The translations under genes and the position numbers were made by a program. The notes beneath the pieces are model-generated. The model saw only the letters and a program-made list of their open reading frames with translations. It was not told where the DNA came from and searched no databases. This document shows positions 46,420 to 56,136 of a DNA stretch of 64,000 nt, piece by piece. Numbering within the stretch: position 1 is the stretch's first letter; every line of letters starts with the position of its first letter. The stretch lies in contig CAZETU010000003.1 of the NCBI GenBank assembly GCA_964514585.1, positions 1 through 64,000 of the forward strand, written 5' to 3'. The stretch comes from Candidatus Woesearchaeota archaeon (GTDB taxonomy: Archaea > Nanobdellota > Nanobdellia > Pacearchaeales > GW2011-AR1).

Positions 46420-46794
46420 TTATTTGACTGTGATAAGTTCTAGAACTTCTTTGTAGATTTCTTTTGAATTTCCATTGGAAGGTATGCCGATTATTTTGAA
46501 TTCTTTTCCGATTAATTTTAGAACGTAGCCTGCGTCGAAATCGTGGGCGCTTAGGATGCTGTCGTTTCTTATGTCTTTGACTTTTATTATTTGGGCTTTT
46601 TTTAGTTTTTTAACGATGTCTATAATGATTAGTTGGTTTGTTTGGATTTCGTTTAGAAGGGTCATTAGTTGGAAGCTGTCTTTGACGTTTGTGATTTTGT
46701 GTTTTTTTGATAGTAGTTTACCAACTTCTTTTGCTAAGGCATCACCTTCTATGAATTCGTTTCCGAGACAGAGGATTTTAACCATATGTTTCAT
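46420..46794 (-). CDS. Hydrogenase maturation protease (HycI/HoxW-like), compact
   Basis: LGNEFIEGD, IIIDIV, SAHD. Confidence 0.75.
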   Translation of the reverse strand: MKHMVKILCLGNEFIEGDALAKEVGKLLSKKHKITNVKDSFQLMTLLNEIQTNQLIIIDIVKKLKKAQIIKVKDIRNDSILSAHDFDAGYVLKLIGKEFKIIGIPSNGNSKEIYKEVLELITVK

Positions 46795-47281
46795 AGTCTC
46801 CTTGTGTGATTGTTTCTGCTATGTGTTTTTTGTGGGTTGTGACATATTGTCCTGGGTTTAGTTCTAGATGTCTGTAGTTGACCGCTCTTATTTCCTCTCC
46901 TGTTTTGTCTTTTAGAATTATAATACCTTTTTCTTTATTTACTATTTCCCAGAATTTGACCTTACATATTTCTCTGTGTGTTGGGGTTGCGTGTTCGTAG
47001 CCTGCTTCTCCGTTATCGATTATTTGGTTGTGTTCTGTCCACCAATATTTTTGGACATTTTCTTCGGTCCAGTAATTTTCTCCTAGTTTTTCTTGCATTC
47101 TTCTGAACGCGTCTGCGTATAGCTCTTGGAGTTTTTCTTGCTCTGGTTCTATTCCTTTCATTAGCATTTCTTCTAGTCTAGATTTTTCTTTTTCTAATCT
47201 AAGTTTTTCTTCTCCTTCTGCTTTTTGACAAGCGCCCAATGCTGGGAGTGCATACATTAGAAATTTTAGTCCCGCGCTCAT
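46778..47281 (-). CDS. Hydrogenase-cluster-associated hypothetical protein (DUF6390-like, from memory)
   Basis: FLMYALP..GAC N-terminus; C-terminal CKV.FWEI...PGQYVTTH OB-like pattern; coupled to hypC. Confidence 0.5.
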   Translation of the reverse strand: MSAGLKFLMYALPALGACQKAEGEEKLRLEKEKSRLEEMLMKGIEPEQEKLQELYADAFRRMQEKLGENYWTEENVQKYWWTEHNQIIDNGEAGYEHATPTHREICKVKFWEIVNKEKGIIILKDKTGEEIRAVNYRHLELNPGQYVTTHKKHIAETITQGDYETYG

Positions 47282-47475
47282 TTGATTATCTCTAAGAATT
47301 TTTTTGCTTTATCTCCTGGAACTTTTGCGAGAATTATTTTATTACTTATTATAACGTAGTCTCCAGGTTTGACGTCAACTAGAGAAGTTTCAACTGTTCT
47401 TTGTTCTGAGCCGTAGTCAATTGTGTAATTGTTTTCTTCGGCTTTGATTATTTTTCCTGGAATACTTAAACACAT
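47278..47475 (-). CDS. hypC: HypC/HupF chaperone
   Basis: MCLSIPGKII...VKPGDYVII. Confidence 0.92.
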   Translation of the reverse strand: MCLSIPGKIIKAEENNYTIDYGSEQRTVETSLVDVKPGDYVIISNKIILAKVPGDKAKKFLEIIK

Positions 47476-47795
47476 TAATCATACGTTACGCTCAGGATTT
47501 TAATATCTTTGCCTTCTAGAATTTGTGGTATTTCTTGGCATTTTGGGCATTCGAAGATTACCATGTCGTGGAGTCTCTCTCTTGTTTTAGGAGGGCCCTT
47601 GTAGCCGCAATCGCAGCTTACTAGTGCATTTTTTTGGTTAGTTTGGACATTCCACCCAGTTTCTTTTTTCATATGTTCTGCGAGATGATCTGGCTCTATT
47701 CCTGCTAGTTCTCCCACCTCTATAACTATTCCTGAGACTGCGTCTTTGTTTTCTATGTCTTGGATTATTGCTTGAATGAAACTATGTTCGTGCAT
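47475..47795 (-). CDS. hypA: HypA nickel metallochaperone
   Basis: MHE, GELAGIEP, CDCG, CPKC. Confidence 0.92.
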   Translation of the reverse strand: MHEHSFIQAIIQDIENKDAVSGIVIEVGELAGIEPDHLAEHMKKETGWNVQTNQKNALVSCDCGYKGPPKTRERLHDMVIFECPKCQEIPQILEGKDIKILSVTYD

Positions 47796-47796
47796 A

Positions 47797-48426
47797 TTAA
47801 TTTCCCAGTAGTTTAGAAAGAGTTTTGTTTGGTGTTTTTGATGTTGTTATTGCTGAGCTTATCGCGATTCCTTTGGCACCTAGTTTCATTGCGATTTTTA
47901 GGTCCTCGTTTGTTTTGATTCCTGCACCAACTATAAAATCATATTTTAATTTTTTACCAATCTCTTCGATTAGTTTTGGTTTTGCTTTGCTGACGGATAT
48001 TTTTCCGGCGACTAATTCTGGAGGTTCGATGATTAGGTAGTATGGTTTTAATTTTTTAATTTCTTGAGCTTGTTTTAGGTCTTTAGCAAAAATGGCAGTT
48101 TTTAATTTTAGTTTTTTGCATCGTTTAATTGTTTTTTTTATGATGTCTAATTTTATTCGATGTTCGCTGTGGTTTAGAAAAATTCCTTCTATGTTTTCTG
48201 CTTTGATTGCTTCTGGTAAAATGAATCCCGTGTTTCTTCCTGGTTCTTGGTAGTCGACGTGTTGGGCGTAGATTGGGTTTTTTACGGCTTTTTTAACTTC
48301 AGAAATATTTGTTGGCTGGACTCCTATGATAATTTTTTTGTCTACCTTTTCAATTTGTTTTGCTAGGGCAACGGCTTTTTGTCCTTGATTGTATGTTTTC
48401 AAGTTTATAATTATAATTGGTTTCAT
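47797..48426 (-). CDS. tpiA: Triosephosphate isomerase, archaeal type
   Basis: INLKTY, LNHSEHR, EPPELV, VGAGIK. Confidence 0.93.
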   Translation of the reverse strand: MKPIIIINLKTYNQGQKAVALAKQIEKVDKKIIIGVQPTNISEVKKAVKNPIYAQHVDYQEPGRNTGFILPEAIKAENIEGIFLNHSEHRIKLDIIKKTIKRCKKLKLKTAIFAKDLKQAQEIKKLKPYYLIIEPPELVAGKISVSKAKPKLIEEIGKKLKYDFIVGAGIKTNEDLKIAMKLGAKGIAISSAITTSKTPNKTLSKLLGN

Positions 48427-48884
48427 TTTTTGAGAATACTTTTTTTGAATTTAAATTTGTAGTCGTGTCCAGCATCCTTGCTGTAAATTGTCATTACTTT
48501 TAGTGGCTTTTCTCCCGTGTTTACTAGTCTGTGTCCCGATCTTCCAGGTATGTGATATATCTTTTCTTTTTTTAATTCGTAAGTTTTTGTTGTTTTGTTT
48601 TGAATTATTAATTTTCCTTTTCCTTCAATTAGGACATATATTTCTGGATTATTTTTAACATGCCTATGTCCTTTTGTCATGTAATATTCTTTTCCAATTG
48701 TTCCTGGTTCGATTACAGTTAATCCCTCTTCGAAGTCGTCGTAATCTTTTATGTATACTTTGTAGATAATTGGATTTCCCGTTAGGAGTTTATTTTTATA
48801 GGAATCTTTCATGTCCTTGTATTTTCTAATCATGATTTCATCTTTGTGGCTTTCTAATTTTTTGAAATCTATTTCGTTTTTCAT
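48423..48884 (-). CDS. pgi: Cupin-type glucose-6-phosphate isomerase
   Basis: TVIEPG.IGKEYYMTKGH.H...EIY...EGKG. Confidence 0.85.
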   Translation of the reverse strand: MKNEIDFKKLESHKDEIMIRKYKDMKDSYKNKLLTGNPIIYKVYIKDYDDFEEGLTVIEPGTIGKEYYMTKGHRHVKNNPEIYVLIEGKGKLIIQNKTTKTYELKKEKIYHIPGRSGHRLVNTGEKPLKVMTIYSKDAGHDYKFKFKKSILKK

Positions 48885-49648
48885 GGCCAGATTATTTTTT
48901 TAATTTTATTGGTTAATTTTATTGGGTCTTTGCTTTGCCAAATATTTCTTCCGATTGCGAGTCCAGTGCAGTTGACTTGCATTGCTTCTTTGACTTCTTT
49001 AAGTAGGGCTTTCTCATCTTTTTTGCTTCCGCCTGCGATTACGACTTTGGCTTTGCCCGCACTTTTTATTGCCCAGTCTAAATCTTCTTTGATTCCTGTT
49101 GGATGGATTTTTATTATGTCTGCTCCGAGTTCTAATCCGACTCTGGTCGAGTAAGCCATTAGTTCTTTTTCTTTTTTATCCCTTACTCCTTTTCCTCTAG
49201 GGTAAATCCAACAAACTACGGGTAAGCCAATTTTGTGAGCCTCTCTTTGGATTTTGACGAATTCTTGGAGCATTTCTTCTTCATGGACGCTTCCTATGTA
49301 AATGGTATATCCTACTGCGGTTGCCCCGAGTTCTTTTGCTTCTTTGACAGAACAAAGTTGTCTTGAAACTGGGTCGCCTTTGACTAGAGAAGTTTTGCCG
49401 TTTAATTTTACGATTAGTGGAATTTTGCTTGCTTTGATTTCTTTGTTGTATTTTTCTGCTATGCCTTTTTGAAAGATTAGTCCTGTGAATTTTCCTTCTT
49501 TTGCAATTTTAATTATGAATTCTGGATCGACGTTTTTGTCATTGAAGTCTGTTGGCCCGTGTTCTAATCCTTGATCGTAAGCTAGGAATAGTGCCTTCTT
49601 CTTTTTTAGGATTTTTCTTAGGTTAATTTTTTTTCTTAGTATTGCCAT
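48881..49648 (-). CDS. fba: Class I (DhnA-type) fructose-bisphosphate aldolase
   Basis: LAYDQGLEHGP, AVGYTIYIGS, YPRG, ELGADIIK, AGG, GRNIWQ. Confidence 0.92.
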   Translation of the reverse strand: MAILRKKINLRKILKKKKALFLAYDQGLEHGPTDFNDKNVDPEFIIKIAKEGKFTGLIFQKGIAEKYNKEIKASKIPLIVKLNGKTSLVKGDPVSRQLCSVKEAKELGATAVGYTIYIGSVHEEEMLQEFVKIQREAHKIGLPVVCWIYPRGKGVRDKKEKELMAYSTRVGLELGADIIKIHPTGIKEDLDWAIKSAGKAKVVIAGGSKKDEKALLKEVKEAMQVNCTGLAIGRNIWQSKDPIKLTNKIKKIIWP

Positions 49649-50753
49649 TTTTCTTTTTTGTTGATTTTTTCTTAGGGTTTGGGTTTTTTAGATCTAGATG
49701 TTTGTGATTCATTTCGTAGAGGGCTGTTATGAATAATGATTCGCTCCAACCGAGTGGGCTGTTTTCGTTGTTTTTTTCTGAGTTGGAGTAATAGAGTTCT
49801 GGGACTTCTCCTTCAGTGTTTTCTGTGTCAATTGTCATGTCTAGGAATTTTTTGGCTTTCTTTTTGTTGCCTAGTTGGGAGTAGATGATTGAGAGCCATG
49901 AGAGTCCAAAGGTCCATTCTGCTTCTTCTGAGATGTTATCTAGGTTTTTGTTGTAGTATGCGTCGCCTTTGTATCTAATTACTCCTTTGTTTTTTAGTAA
50001 GTGGTATTCTACATTTTTTAGGATTTCTTTAGTTTGTCCTTTGGTTGTGACTTCGTATGGCCAGATTAGGGACAGTAGTGCTAGATCGACGAATTTTTTG
50101 TCCGATTCTCTTGGGAGTAATTTTGCTAGAGCTTGATAGCCTTTTTTTATTATTTCTGGGTGGACATTAATCCCCTTTAGATCTTTTACCATTTCTAATC
50201 CTGCAACGCATGCTCCGACACTGGATGCGTGAACCTCTTCGTTTTCTTCCCAGATTCCTGAGTCTGGGTCGTGCCAGTATTCTAGTGTTGAAAGGTAGTC
50301 GACTAATTTTTGGACGATTCGGTAGTCTGCTTCATTCTCTAGGATTTTTATTTCTTTGACTTTTTCTAGTTCTCCTATTTTGAAGAGGATGCATCCTATT
50401 GCGTCGTTTTGTTTGTTTCCCCATTCTTCCCAGAATTCTTCGAATGTTTCAGGGTGATATCTTGCATGAATGTATTCGTGTGTGTATGCGGGCTTGCTTG
50501 CGATTGCCATTGTGATTTTGTCTTCGTGTTTTAGAAATATGTCTAGTAGTGCTCTGTATGTTTGTTTGACTGTTTGCCAATCTTTTGTGACTTCGAAGGC
50601 GATGCATTCGTAGAAGTTGTCTCGGAGCCATGCTTTATCGTAGCCTGTGCTGACCGTTGGTTTTGAGGCTGAGAATAATCCTGATTTGAATTTTAGTCCG
50701 TTTAATATTTTAATATGTTGCTTGATTAGGTCTTTTTCTTTTAGTGGTTTCAT
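49623..50753 (-). CDS. GH15-like protein resembling the phosphorylase-kinase alpha/beta N-terminal domain
   Basis: GYDKAWLRD, WGNKQNDAIG, DSGIWEE, RYKGDAYY, PLGWSES. Confidence 0.75.
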   Translation of the reverse strand: MKPLKEKDLIKQHIKILNGLKFKSGLFSASKPTVSTGYDKAWLRDNFYECIAFEVTKDWQTVKQTYRALLDIFLKHEDKITMAIASKPAYTHEYIHARYHPETFEEFWEEWGNKQNDAIGCILFKIGELEKVKEIKILENEADYRIVQKLVDYLSTLEYWHDPDSGIWEENEEVHASSVGACVAGLEMVKDLKGINVHPEIIKKGYQALAKLLPRESDKKFVDLALLSLIWPYEVTTKGQTKEILKNVEYHLLKNKGVIRYKGDAYYNKNLDNISEEAEWTFGLSWLSIIYSQLGNKKKAKKFLDMTIDTENTEGEVPELYYSNSEKNNENSPLGWSESLFITALYEMNHKHLDLKNPNPKKKSTKKKNGNTKKKN

Positions 50754-51652
50754 TTTAGTTTTAGTTTTAGTAATTTATTTTTTGCTCCGAAATATCGGAT
50801 GACTGATTCACCTTCTTTTAGTCCTAACTTTAGGGCCTCTTGAATTGGTTTGTTTGCAATTATTCCTGCGACGAATCCTGCAGCGAACGCGTCTCCAGCT
50901 CCAGTTCTTTCGATGACTTTTATTTTATTTGGTTTGATTGAATATTTTTTTATACCGTCGTAAGCATATACTAATTTGTTTTTATCTGTTATGACGACGA
51001 TCTTTGGGCCCAGTTCTCTGAGAGAAGCTGTGAGATTACCTTTCTTTTTGTGTTTCTTTTGGAGGATTTCTGCTTCTTCTTTGTTAAGAATTAGGATGTC
51101 TGTTAATTTTAGGATGTTTGATAGGTTGATTTTTTTTATTAGATATTCGCTTGGATTGAATGCGAGTTTTGTTCCTTTTCTCTTTAATTTTTCTGCTAAT
51201 TTTTCTTGAGTTTTGAGGCTGTCTTTTAGGACGGAGGAATAGTATAGCCATTTGGTTTTGAATCGTGGGAGTTCTTTTATTTTGATATCGTTTCCTGGGC
51301 CTTTGAAAGTTAGGATGGTTCTGTTGTGTTCTTTGCTGTCGAGGATTATTGAGTGTCCTGTGCTGCCTGGCGTGATTGAGCCTAGGAATTTTATTTTTTC
51401 TTTTTTTAGCATCTTGAGGACATCTTCGCCGTCGTTGTCGTTTCCAATTTTGCAGATGCATCCGGTTTTGAATCCGAATCTTGAGAATGCGACCGCGGTG
51501 TTTGTTGCTCCTCCGCCGATGTCTGATTTTAAATTATGGACTAGAATTTTTGAGCCTGCTTGGTATGCGAATGAGTTTGTTTTTTTATTGAACTCAGTGT
51601 CGACGAATGTGTCTATTACTGCGCTTCCGAAAGTTACTATATCGAATTTCAT
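50750..51652 (-). CDS. PfkB-family carbohydrate kinase
   Basis: GGGATNTAVAFSRFG, LNKEEA, RTGAGDAFAAG. Confidence 0.92.
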   Translation of the reverse strand: MKFDIVTFGSAVIDTFVDTEFNKKTNSFAYQAGSKILVHNLKSDIGGGATNTAVAFSRFGFKTGCICKIGNDNDGEDVLKMLKKEKIKFLGSITPGSTGHSIILDSKEHNRTILTFKGPGNDIKIKELPRFKTKWLYYSSVLKDSLKTQEKLAEKLKRKGTKLAFNPSEYLIKKINLSNILKLTDILILNKEEAEILQKKHKKKGNLTASLRELGPKIVVITDKNKLVYAYDGIKKYSIKPNKIKVIERTGAGDAFAAGFVAGIIANKPIQEALKLGLKEGESVIRYFGAKNKLLKLKLK

Positions 51653-51681
51653 CCTCTTTGTTAAAATTAGTGTTTAGATTG

Positions 51682-52848
51682 TTATAAAGGTTTTGGATTT
51701 TTGTAATATCCTAATGCTTTTAGTCCTGGGAGTTTTTCTCCTGCGATGTAGTTTAGGAGGGCTCCGCCGCTGAGGCTAATGTGATTGAATTTATTTTGTG
51801 GGAGTTTGTATTTTTTTATTGTGTCGCTTAGGTGTCCGCCACCGACGAGCGTGAAGCCTTTTGAGTTTGATATTGCTTTTAGAAGTTCGACTGTTCCTTT
51901 TGCGAAATTTTTATTTTGTGAATAACCTGCTGGACCTTTCATATAAATTGTCTTTGCTTTTTTGATTTCTTTTGTGTATTTTTTAATTGTTTCTTTACCT
52001 ATATCTTCTATTTCGTATTCTAACGGAAATTTTTCTAGCGGGAATTCTGTTCGTCCTTTTCCTTTTTGGACTGCGAAGTCAATTGGAGTTTGGACGTTTT
52101 TTTGTTTAGATTTTAATTTGGTTTTGAATTTTTTGTAGTCGCCCTTCACAAGTGTTGTTTTTTCTAGATATTTGTTTTGGTATCCTAAGTCTTTCCCACT
52201 TGAAACAAGGCAAAGTTGCCCAAATAGTCCGCATGCTAGGACTTTGTTTCCTTTTAGGAGTTTGATGTTTGATTCTGGCTTTGCTCCGCCGAGGACGTAT
52301 AGACAGTTTTTCATTGAGACTTTTTCTAGAGCTTTTAGTTCTTTTTCAACTAAGGGGCCTGGACAACTTGGGATTATTTTTGGAAAGCCTGTGATTGATG
52401 TGTGGTCTCTGTGGCAAACTGAGAATGCGTCGTTGATGTAGAGGTCGAAAAGTGGGGCCAATTTTTTTAGGAAGGGATTGTTTGTTTTTGGATTTAGCTC
52501 ATTTTTTTCTAGTCTGATGTTGTCTAAAAGTAAAGCTTGCCCTGATTTTAGATTTTTTATTGCTTTAATTGCTCTTGGCCCTAGGACATCGTTTATGAAA
52601 TTTACTTTTGTGTATTTGCTTAGTGCTTTGGCGTGTTGTTTCAGATTTAGGAAGTCTGGTTTGCCTGGGTTTCCTTGGTGGGCTATGATTACTATTTTTG
52701 CTTTTTGCTTTTTGAGATATGAAATTGTCTTGCTGGCTTGCTCAATTCTTTCTGATGAGATTATTTTTTTATTTTTTATGTCTGAGTTTAGGTCGGACCT
52801 TAGTAGAACTGTTTTGTTTTTTAATTTGAAATTTTTTAGGGTTTTCAT
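51682..52848 (-). CDS. pgk: Phosphoglycerate kinase
   Basis: LRSDLN, AHQG, LDNIR, NDAFSVCHR, LGGAK, GGGH, SLSGGA. Confidence 0.95.
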   Translation of the reverse strand: MKTLKNFKLKNKTVLLRSDLNSDIKNKKIISSERIEQASKTISYLKKQKAKIVIIAHQGNPGKPDFLNLKQHAKALSKYTKVNFINDVLGPRAIKAIKNLKSGQALLLDNIRLEKNELNPKTNNPFLKKLAPLFDLYINDAFSVCHRDHTSITGFPKIIPSCPGPLVEKELKALEKVSMKNCLYVLGGAKPESNIKLLKGNKVLACGLFGQLCLVSSGKDLGYQNKYLEKTTLVKGDYKKFKTKLKSKQKNVQTPIDFAVQKGKGRTEFPLEKFPLEYEIEDIGKETIKKYTKEIKKAKTIYMKGPAGYSQNKNFAKGTVELLKAISNSKGFTLVGGGHLSDTIKKYKLPQNKFNHISLSGGALLNYIAGEKLPGLKALGYYKNPKPL

Positions 52849-52852
52849 GGAA

Positions 52853-53827
52853 TTATAATAGCTTGAGGGTATCTACCATTCTGCAGCTATATCCATATTC
52901 GTTGTCGTACCATGATAGAACTTTTACCATGTTCCCATTTGCCTTGGTTAGTTTAGAGTCAAAGATTGAGGAGTGGGTATTTCCTATGATGTCTGTTGAT
53001 ACGATTTCGTCTTCGGTATACTCTAATACTTCAGGGATTTTCTTTGATTTTTCTTTTATTGCTTTGTTAATTTCTTCGGCAGTTGCTGATTTTTTTAGTG
53101 TTACTACAAAATCTGTTATGCTTCCGCATGGCACTGGGGCTCTTACTGCCATCCCATCTAGTTTTCCTTTAAGGCTTGGGATTACTTGCGCTACTGCTGT
53201 TGCTGCGCCGGAGGATGTTGGGACTAAATTTATTGCGGCCGATCTTGCTCTTCTGAGATTTTTGTGTGGGGCGTCAAGTAATTTTTGGTCACCTGTGTAT
53301 GCATGAATTGTTGTCATGTAGCCCTTTTGTATTCCGAATTTGTCTTCGAGGATTTTTATTATTGGGGCGATGCAGTTTGTTGTGCATGAAGCCATAGAAA
53401 TAATTTTGTGATTTTTCTTTAGGTCTTTTTCGTTTACTCCTAGTACAATTGTTACATCTGATTCTGGTGCTGGAGCGGAGATTAAAACTTTTTTTGCACC
53501 TGCTGTTAAATGTTTAGATGAGTCTTCTTTCTTTTTGAATAATCCTGTTGATTCTATTACGACGTCGATTCCCAGTTTTTTCCATGGTAAATCTTCTGGG
53601 TTTTTCTTAGCGAATACTTCAATTTTTTTATTGTTTATTTTTATGAAGTTTTTTCCTGATTCAATTTTTTTATTGTAGACTCCGTAGACTGAATCGTATT
53701 TCAATAAGTAGGCGAGCGTTTTTGTGTCTGTTAAGTCGTTTATCGCTACGATGTTCACTCCTTTTTCTAAGGCTCTTTTCAGGATCGCTCTTCCAATCCT
53801 GCCGAACCCATTAATTGCAACTTTCAT
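52853..53827 (-). CDS. gap: Bacterial-type (class I) glyceraldehyde-3-phosphate dehydrogenase
   Basis: INGFGRIGR, ESTG, ASCTTNC, WYDNEYGYS. Confidence 0.97.
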   Translation of the reverse strand: MKVAINGFGRIGRAILKRALEKGVNIVAINDLTDTKTLAYLLKYDSVYGVYNKKIESGKNFIKINNKKIEVFAKKNPEDLPWKKLGIDVVIESTGLFKKKEDSSKHLTAGAKKVLISAPAPESDVTIVLGVNEKDLKKNHKIISMASCTTNCIAPIIKILEDKFGIQKGYMTTIHAYTGDQKLLDAPHKNLRRARSAAINLVPTSSGAATAVAQVIPSLKGKLDGMAVRAPVPCGSITDFVVTLKKSATAEEINKAIKEKSKKIPEVLEYTEDEIVSTDIIGNTHSSIFDSKLTKANGNMVKVLSWYDNEYGYSCRMVDTLKLL

Positions 53828-53831
53828 TCTT

Positions 53832-55814
53832 TTATCTCTTAAGACGTTTTTCTTTATTAATGTTTAGTTTTTCTAGTTTGTCTAGGTATTTGACGACGGC
53901 AATTATGAAGCCTGCGTGACTCCATGTTAGTGGGGCGACCGAGAGAGCTTCTCCTGTTAGTGGATTTATCTGCTCTGATAAGATTCCGGCATTTAGTGCT
54001 TTATCTGTTGTCCATTGTAAAAGTTCTTCTGCTGGTTTTAGTTCTTCAATTGTTTTTGCTTTGGCTATATGATACTCTGCTAACCACATTGTTGAGATGA
54101 ACCAGGGATTTTCTGGTGCGTTTTTTATTCGGTAGTAGAAATCGTTTTCGTAACGACACATTCCTCCGGTTTTTTCTTTGCACCAAAGTTTTCCGAGGGT
54201 TTCGTTCATTGTTGTTTCAAGCCTTGGGTCGTCTATATCTAATATTTTATATTCGAATAGTCCGTATACTGTGCTTGAATCTATTGTTTGGTCTTTTTGT
54301 ATTTTGTTTTTGTCGTCGTAATAAATTCCTTTTATGAAGATTTTTCTTTTTTGGTCGTATAGGTATTTTATTGTAGCTTCTTTTACTTCTTCTGCCGCTT
54401 TTTTGTACTTTTGTGCGTCTTTCTTCTTTTCTAATATTTCGCTGAAGTTTTTTGCTGCTTGTAGACCTGCGTATACCGTTGCGCAAGTGAATGTGTGAAC
54501 TCCTAATTTTTCTTCCCAAAGATCGTAGCTTTCTTTTGGTAGTTTTGTTTTTGGATCTCTAAAGTCAACCAAGAAATCTCCGGATTTTTTTATGAAATTT
54601 TGATACATGTTTTTTACTGTTTTGATATTTTTGCATTCACAGTAGTTTTTCCACAGTGCGTCTAAAACTAATGCGGTTTCATCTTCTTGAATTGGTAGCT
54701 GCACCCTGTTTCCCTTTAGCCATGAGTGCCATGAACTTCCGAGTGAACCATCTGGTCTGTATTTGTGGAATAGGTATCCATTTTCGCTGGCAAGATCTGT
54801 GCAAAAATTGAAGAACCTGTTTGTGATATCGAAGTGTCCGACGCGGTCTAGGGATCTTGCGATTAGGGCCCCATCTCTTGGCCACATGTAAGAGTAGGTA
54901 TCTTTTTTGTAGTGGAATGTGTGGGTGTCATTTGCTGCGATTATTGCTCCTCTGTTGTCTGTTTGTGCTCGGACTATTAGCAAGGATCTTTTGAATAATT
55001 CTTGAATGTCGTCGCTTAGGTGCTCGAAGTCTATTGGTTTTTTATTTACCCATTTAATCCAATGTTGTTCTGTTTCTTTGAGAAGTTTTGTTGTAGTTTT
55101 TTTTATGATGAAATTTTTTAGATTTTGAACTTCGCTGTGTTTTGTTCCCACGGCAATCCAATAATCTATTGCTTGATTTTCCTTTCCTTTTATGTTTAGC
55201 GTGAACCCAATTGTTGAGTCTACTGAACCATGTTCTATTGGGTTTTTACTCAGAGAACCATCTTCAGCGTCGACGTAGGTTCCGAGTTTTTTACTTACTC
55301 CTCCTGCGGCTCCTGTTGCGTAATCGTCAAATGTTTTTTTGTTTGCGGTTCCGCCTATCAGGAAATATCTTTTTCCTTTGTAATTTATTATCGATTCTAG
55401 GTTTGGGTTATAATATACCGTGTCTCCAATGTTTGCTTCTGAGATGTGGAAATGTTGAGAAAAGAATACTTTTATTTTTCTTTTTTCTTTTCTTAGATTT
55501 TCTACTTTTACTTGTCTTAGGAAAATGTTTTTTTCGTGATGAACGGCTTCGTTCATTGTGAGCCTAATTCCAAGTTCTTCGTTTGTTGCTTTAATTTCAC
55601 TTACTAGGGAGTCTTTTTTATAGTCTATTAATATTTTCCAGCTGTCTTTGTTTATCCAGCTGAATTTTTTGTCGACCCAAACTCCTGTTCTGTGATGATG
55701 GCTCGAAACGTGATTTTCTTGTCCGACGTATGGGTAATAGAAGTCTCGGATGTTTGCGTTTTTGTCTAGGCAGACGAGAATATTTCCGTTGCCGAGAATT
55801 ACATGTCGGGTCAT
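53832..55814 (-). CDS. GH15 glucoamylase/glucodextranase-like
   Basis: LGNG, DFYYP, YSYMWPRDG, QEDET, DLWEE, LSEQ, PLTWSHA. Confidence 0.9.
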   Translation of the reverse strand: MTRHVILGNGNILVCLDKNANIRDFYYPYVGQENHVSSHHHRTGVWVDKKFSWINKDSWKILIDYKKDSLVSEIKATNEELGIRLTMNEAVHHEKNIFLRQVKVENLRKEKRKIKVFFSQHFHISEANIGDTVYYNPNLESIINYKGKRYFLIGGTANKKTFDDYATGAAGGVSKKLGTYVDAEDGSLSKNPIEHGSVDSTIGFTLNIKGKENQAIDYWIAVGTKHSEVQNLKNFIIKKTTTKLLKETEQHWIKWVNKKPIDFEHLSDDIQELFKRSLLIVRAQTDNRGAIIAANDTHTFHYKKDTYSYMWPRDGALIARSLDRVGHFDITNRFFNFCTDLASENGYLFHKYRPDGSLGSSWHSWLKGNRVQLPIQEDETALVLDALWKNYCECKNIKTVKNMYQNFIKKSGDFLVDFRDPKTKLPKESYDLWEEKLGVHTFTCATVYAGLQAAKNFSEILEKKKDAQKYKKAAEEVKEATIKYLYDQKRKIFIKGIYYDDKNKIQKDQTIDSSTVYGLFEYKILDIDDPRLETTMNETLGKLWCKEKTGGMCRYENDFYYRIKNAPENPWFISTMWLAEYHIAKAKTIEELKPAEELLQWTTDKALNAGILSEQINPLTGEALSVAPLTWSHAGFIIAVVKYLDKLEKLNINKEKRLKR

Positions 55815-55821
55815 TTGAACC

Positions 55822-56136
55822 TCAGGATGATTTATCCATATTTTTTTTGATGTAAGTGATACGTGTCCTGATTTTTCTTGCCATTGATTTTGCGTCTTTT
55901 GCGTCTCTGACGTTGTTTGCTAATTTTACATCACCGATGACGTCATATATCCAAGCTGAAAAGTCGTTTTTCTCTGAATTGACGTGATAATTAAAGGCCT
56001 TTTCTTTCATTTTTCTGAGACCTTTTGTTAGTTCTTCGAGATTGCAAAAAACACTTGAATCTATACAGGAGAATTTTTTATCTTCTAGAGTATTTGATAA
56101 TATTAGCTCTGCTTTTTCGAAATCTATTTTAACCAT
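55822..56136 (-). CDS. Small DUF5752-like protein
   Basis: HVNSEKNDFSAW; paralogous to 56883-57194; ATG at 56136 (track 56196). Confidence 0.7.
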   Translation of the reverse strand: MVKIDFEKAELILSNTLEDKKFSCIDSSVFCNLEELTKGLRKMKEKAFNYHVNSEKNDFSAWIYDVIGDVKLANNVRDAKDAKSMARKIRTRITYIKKNMDKSS

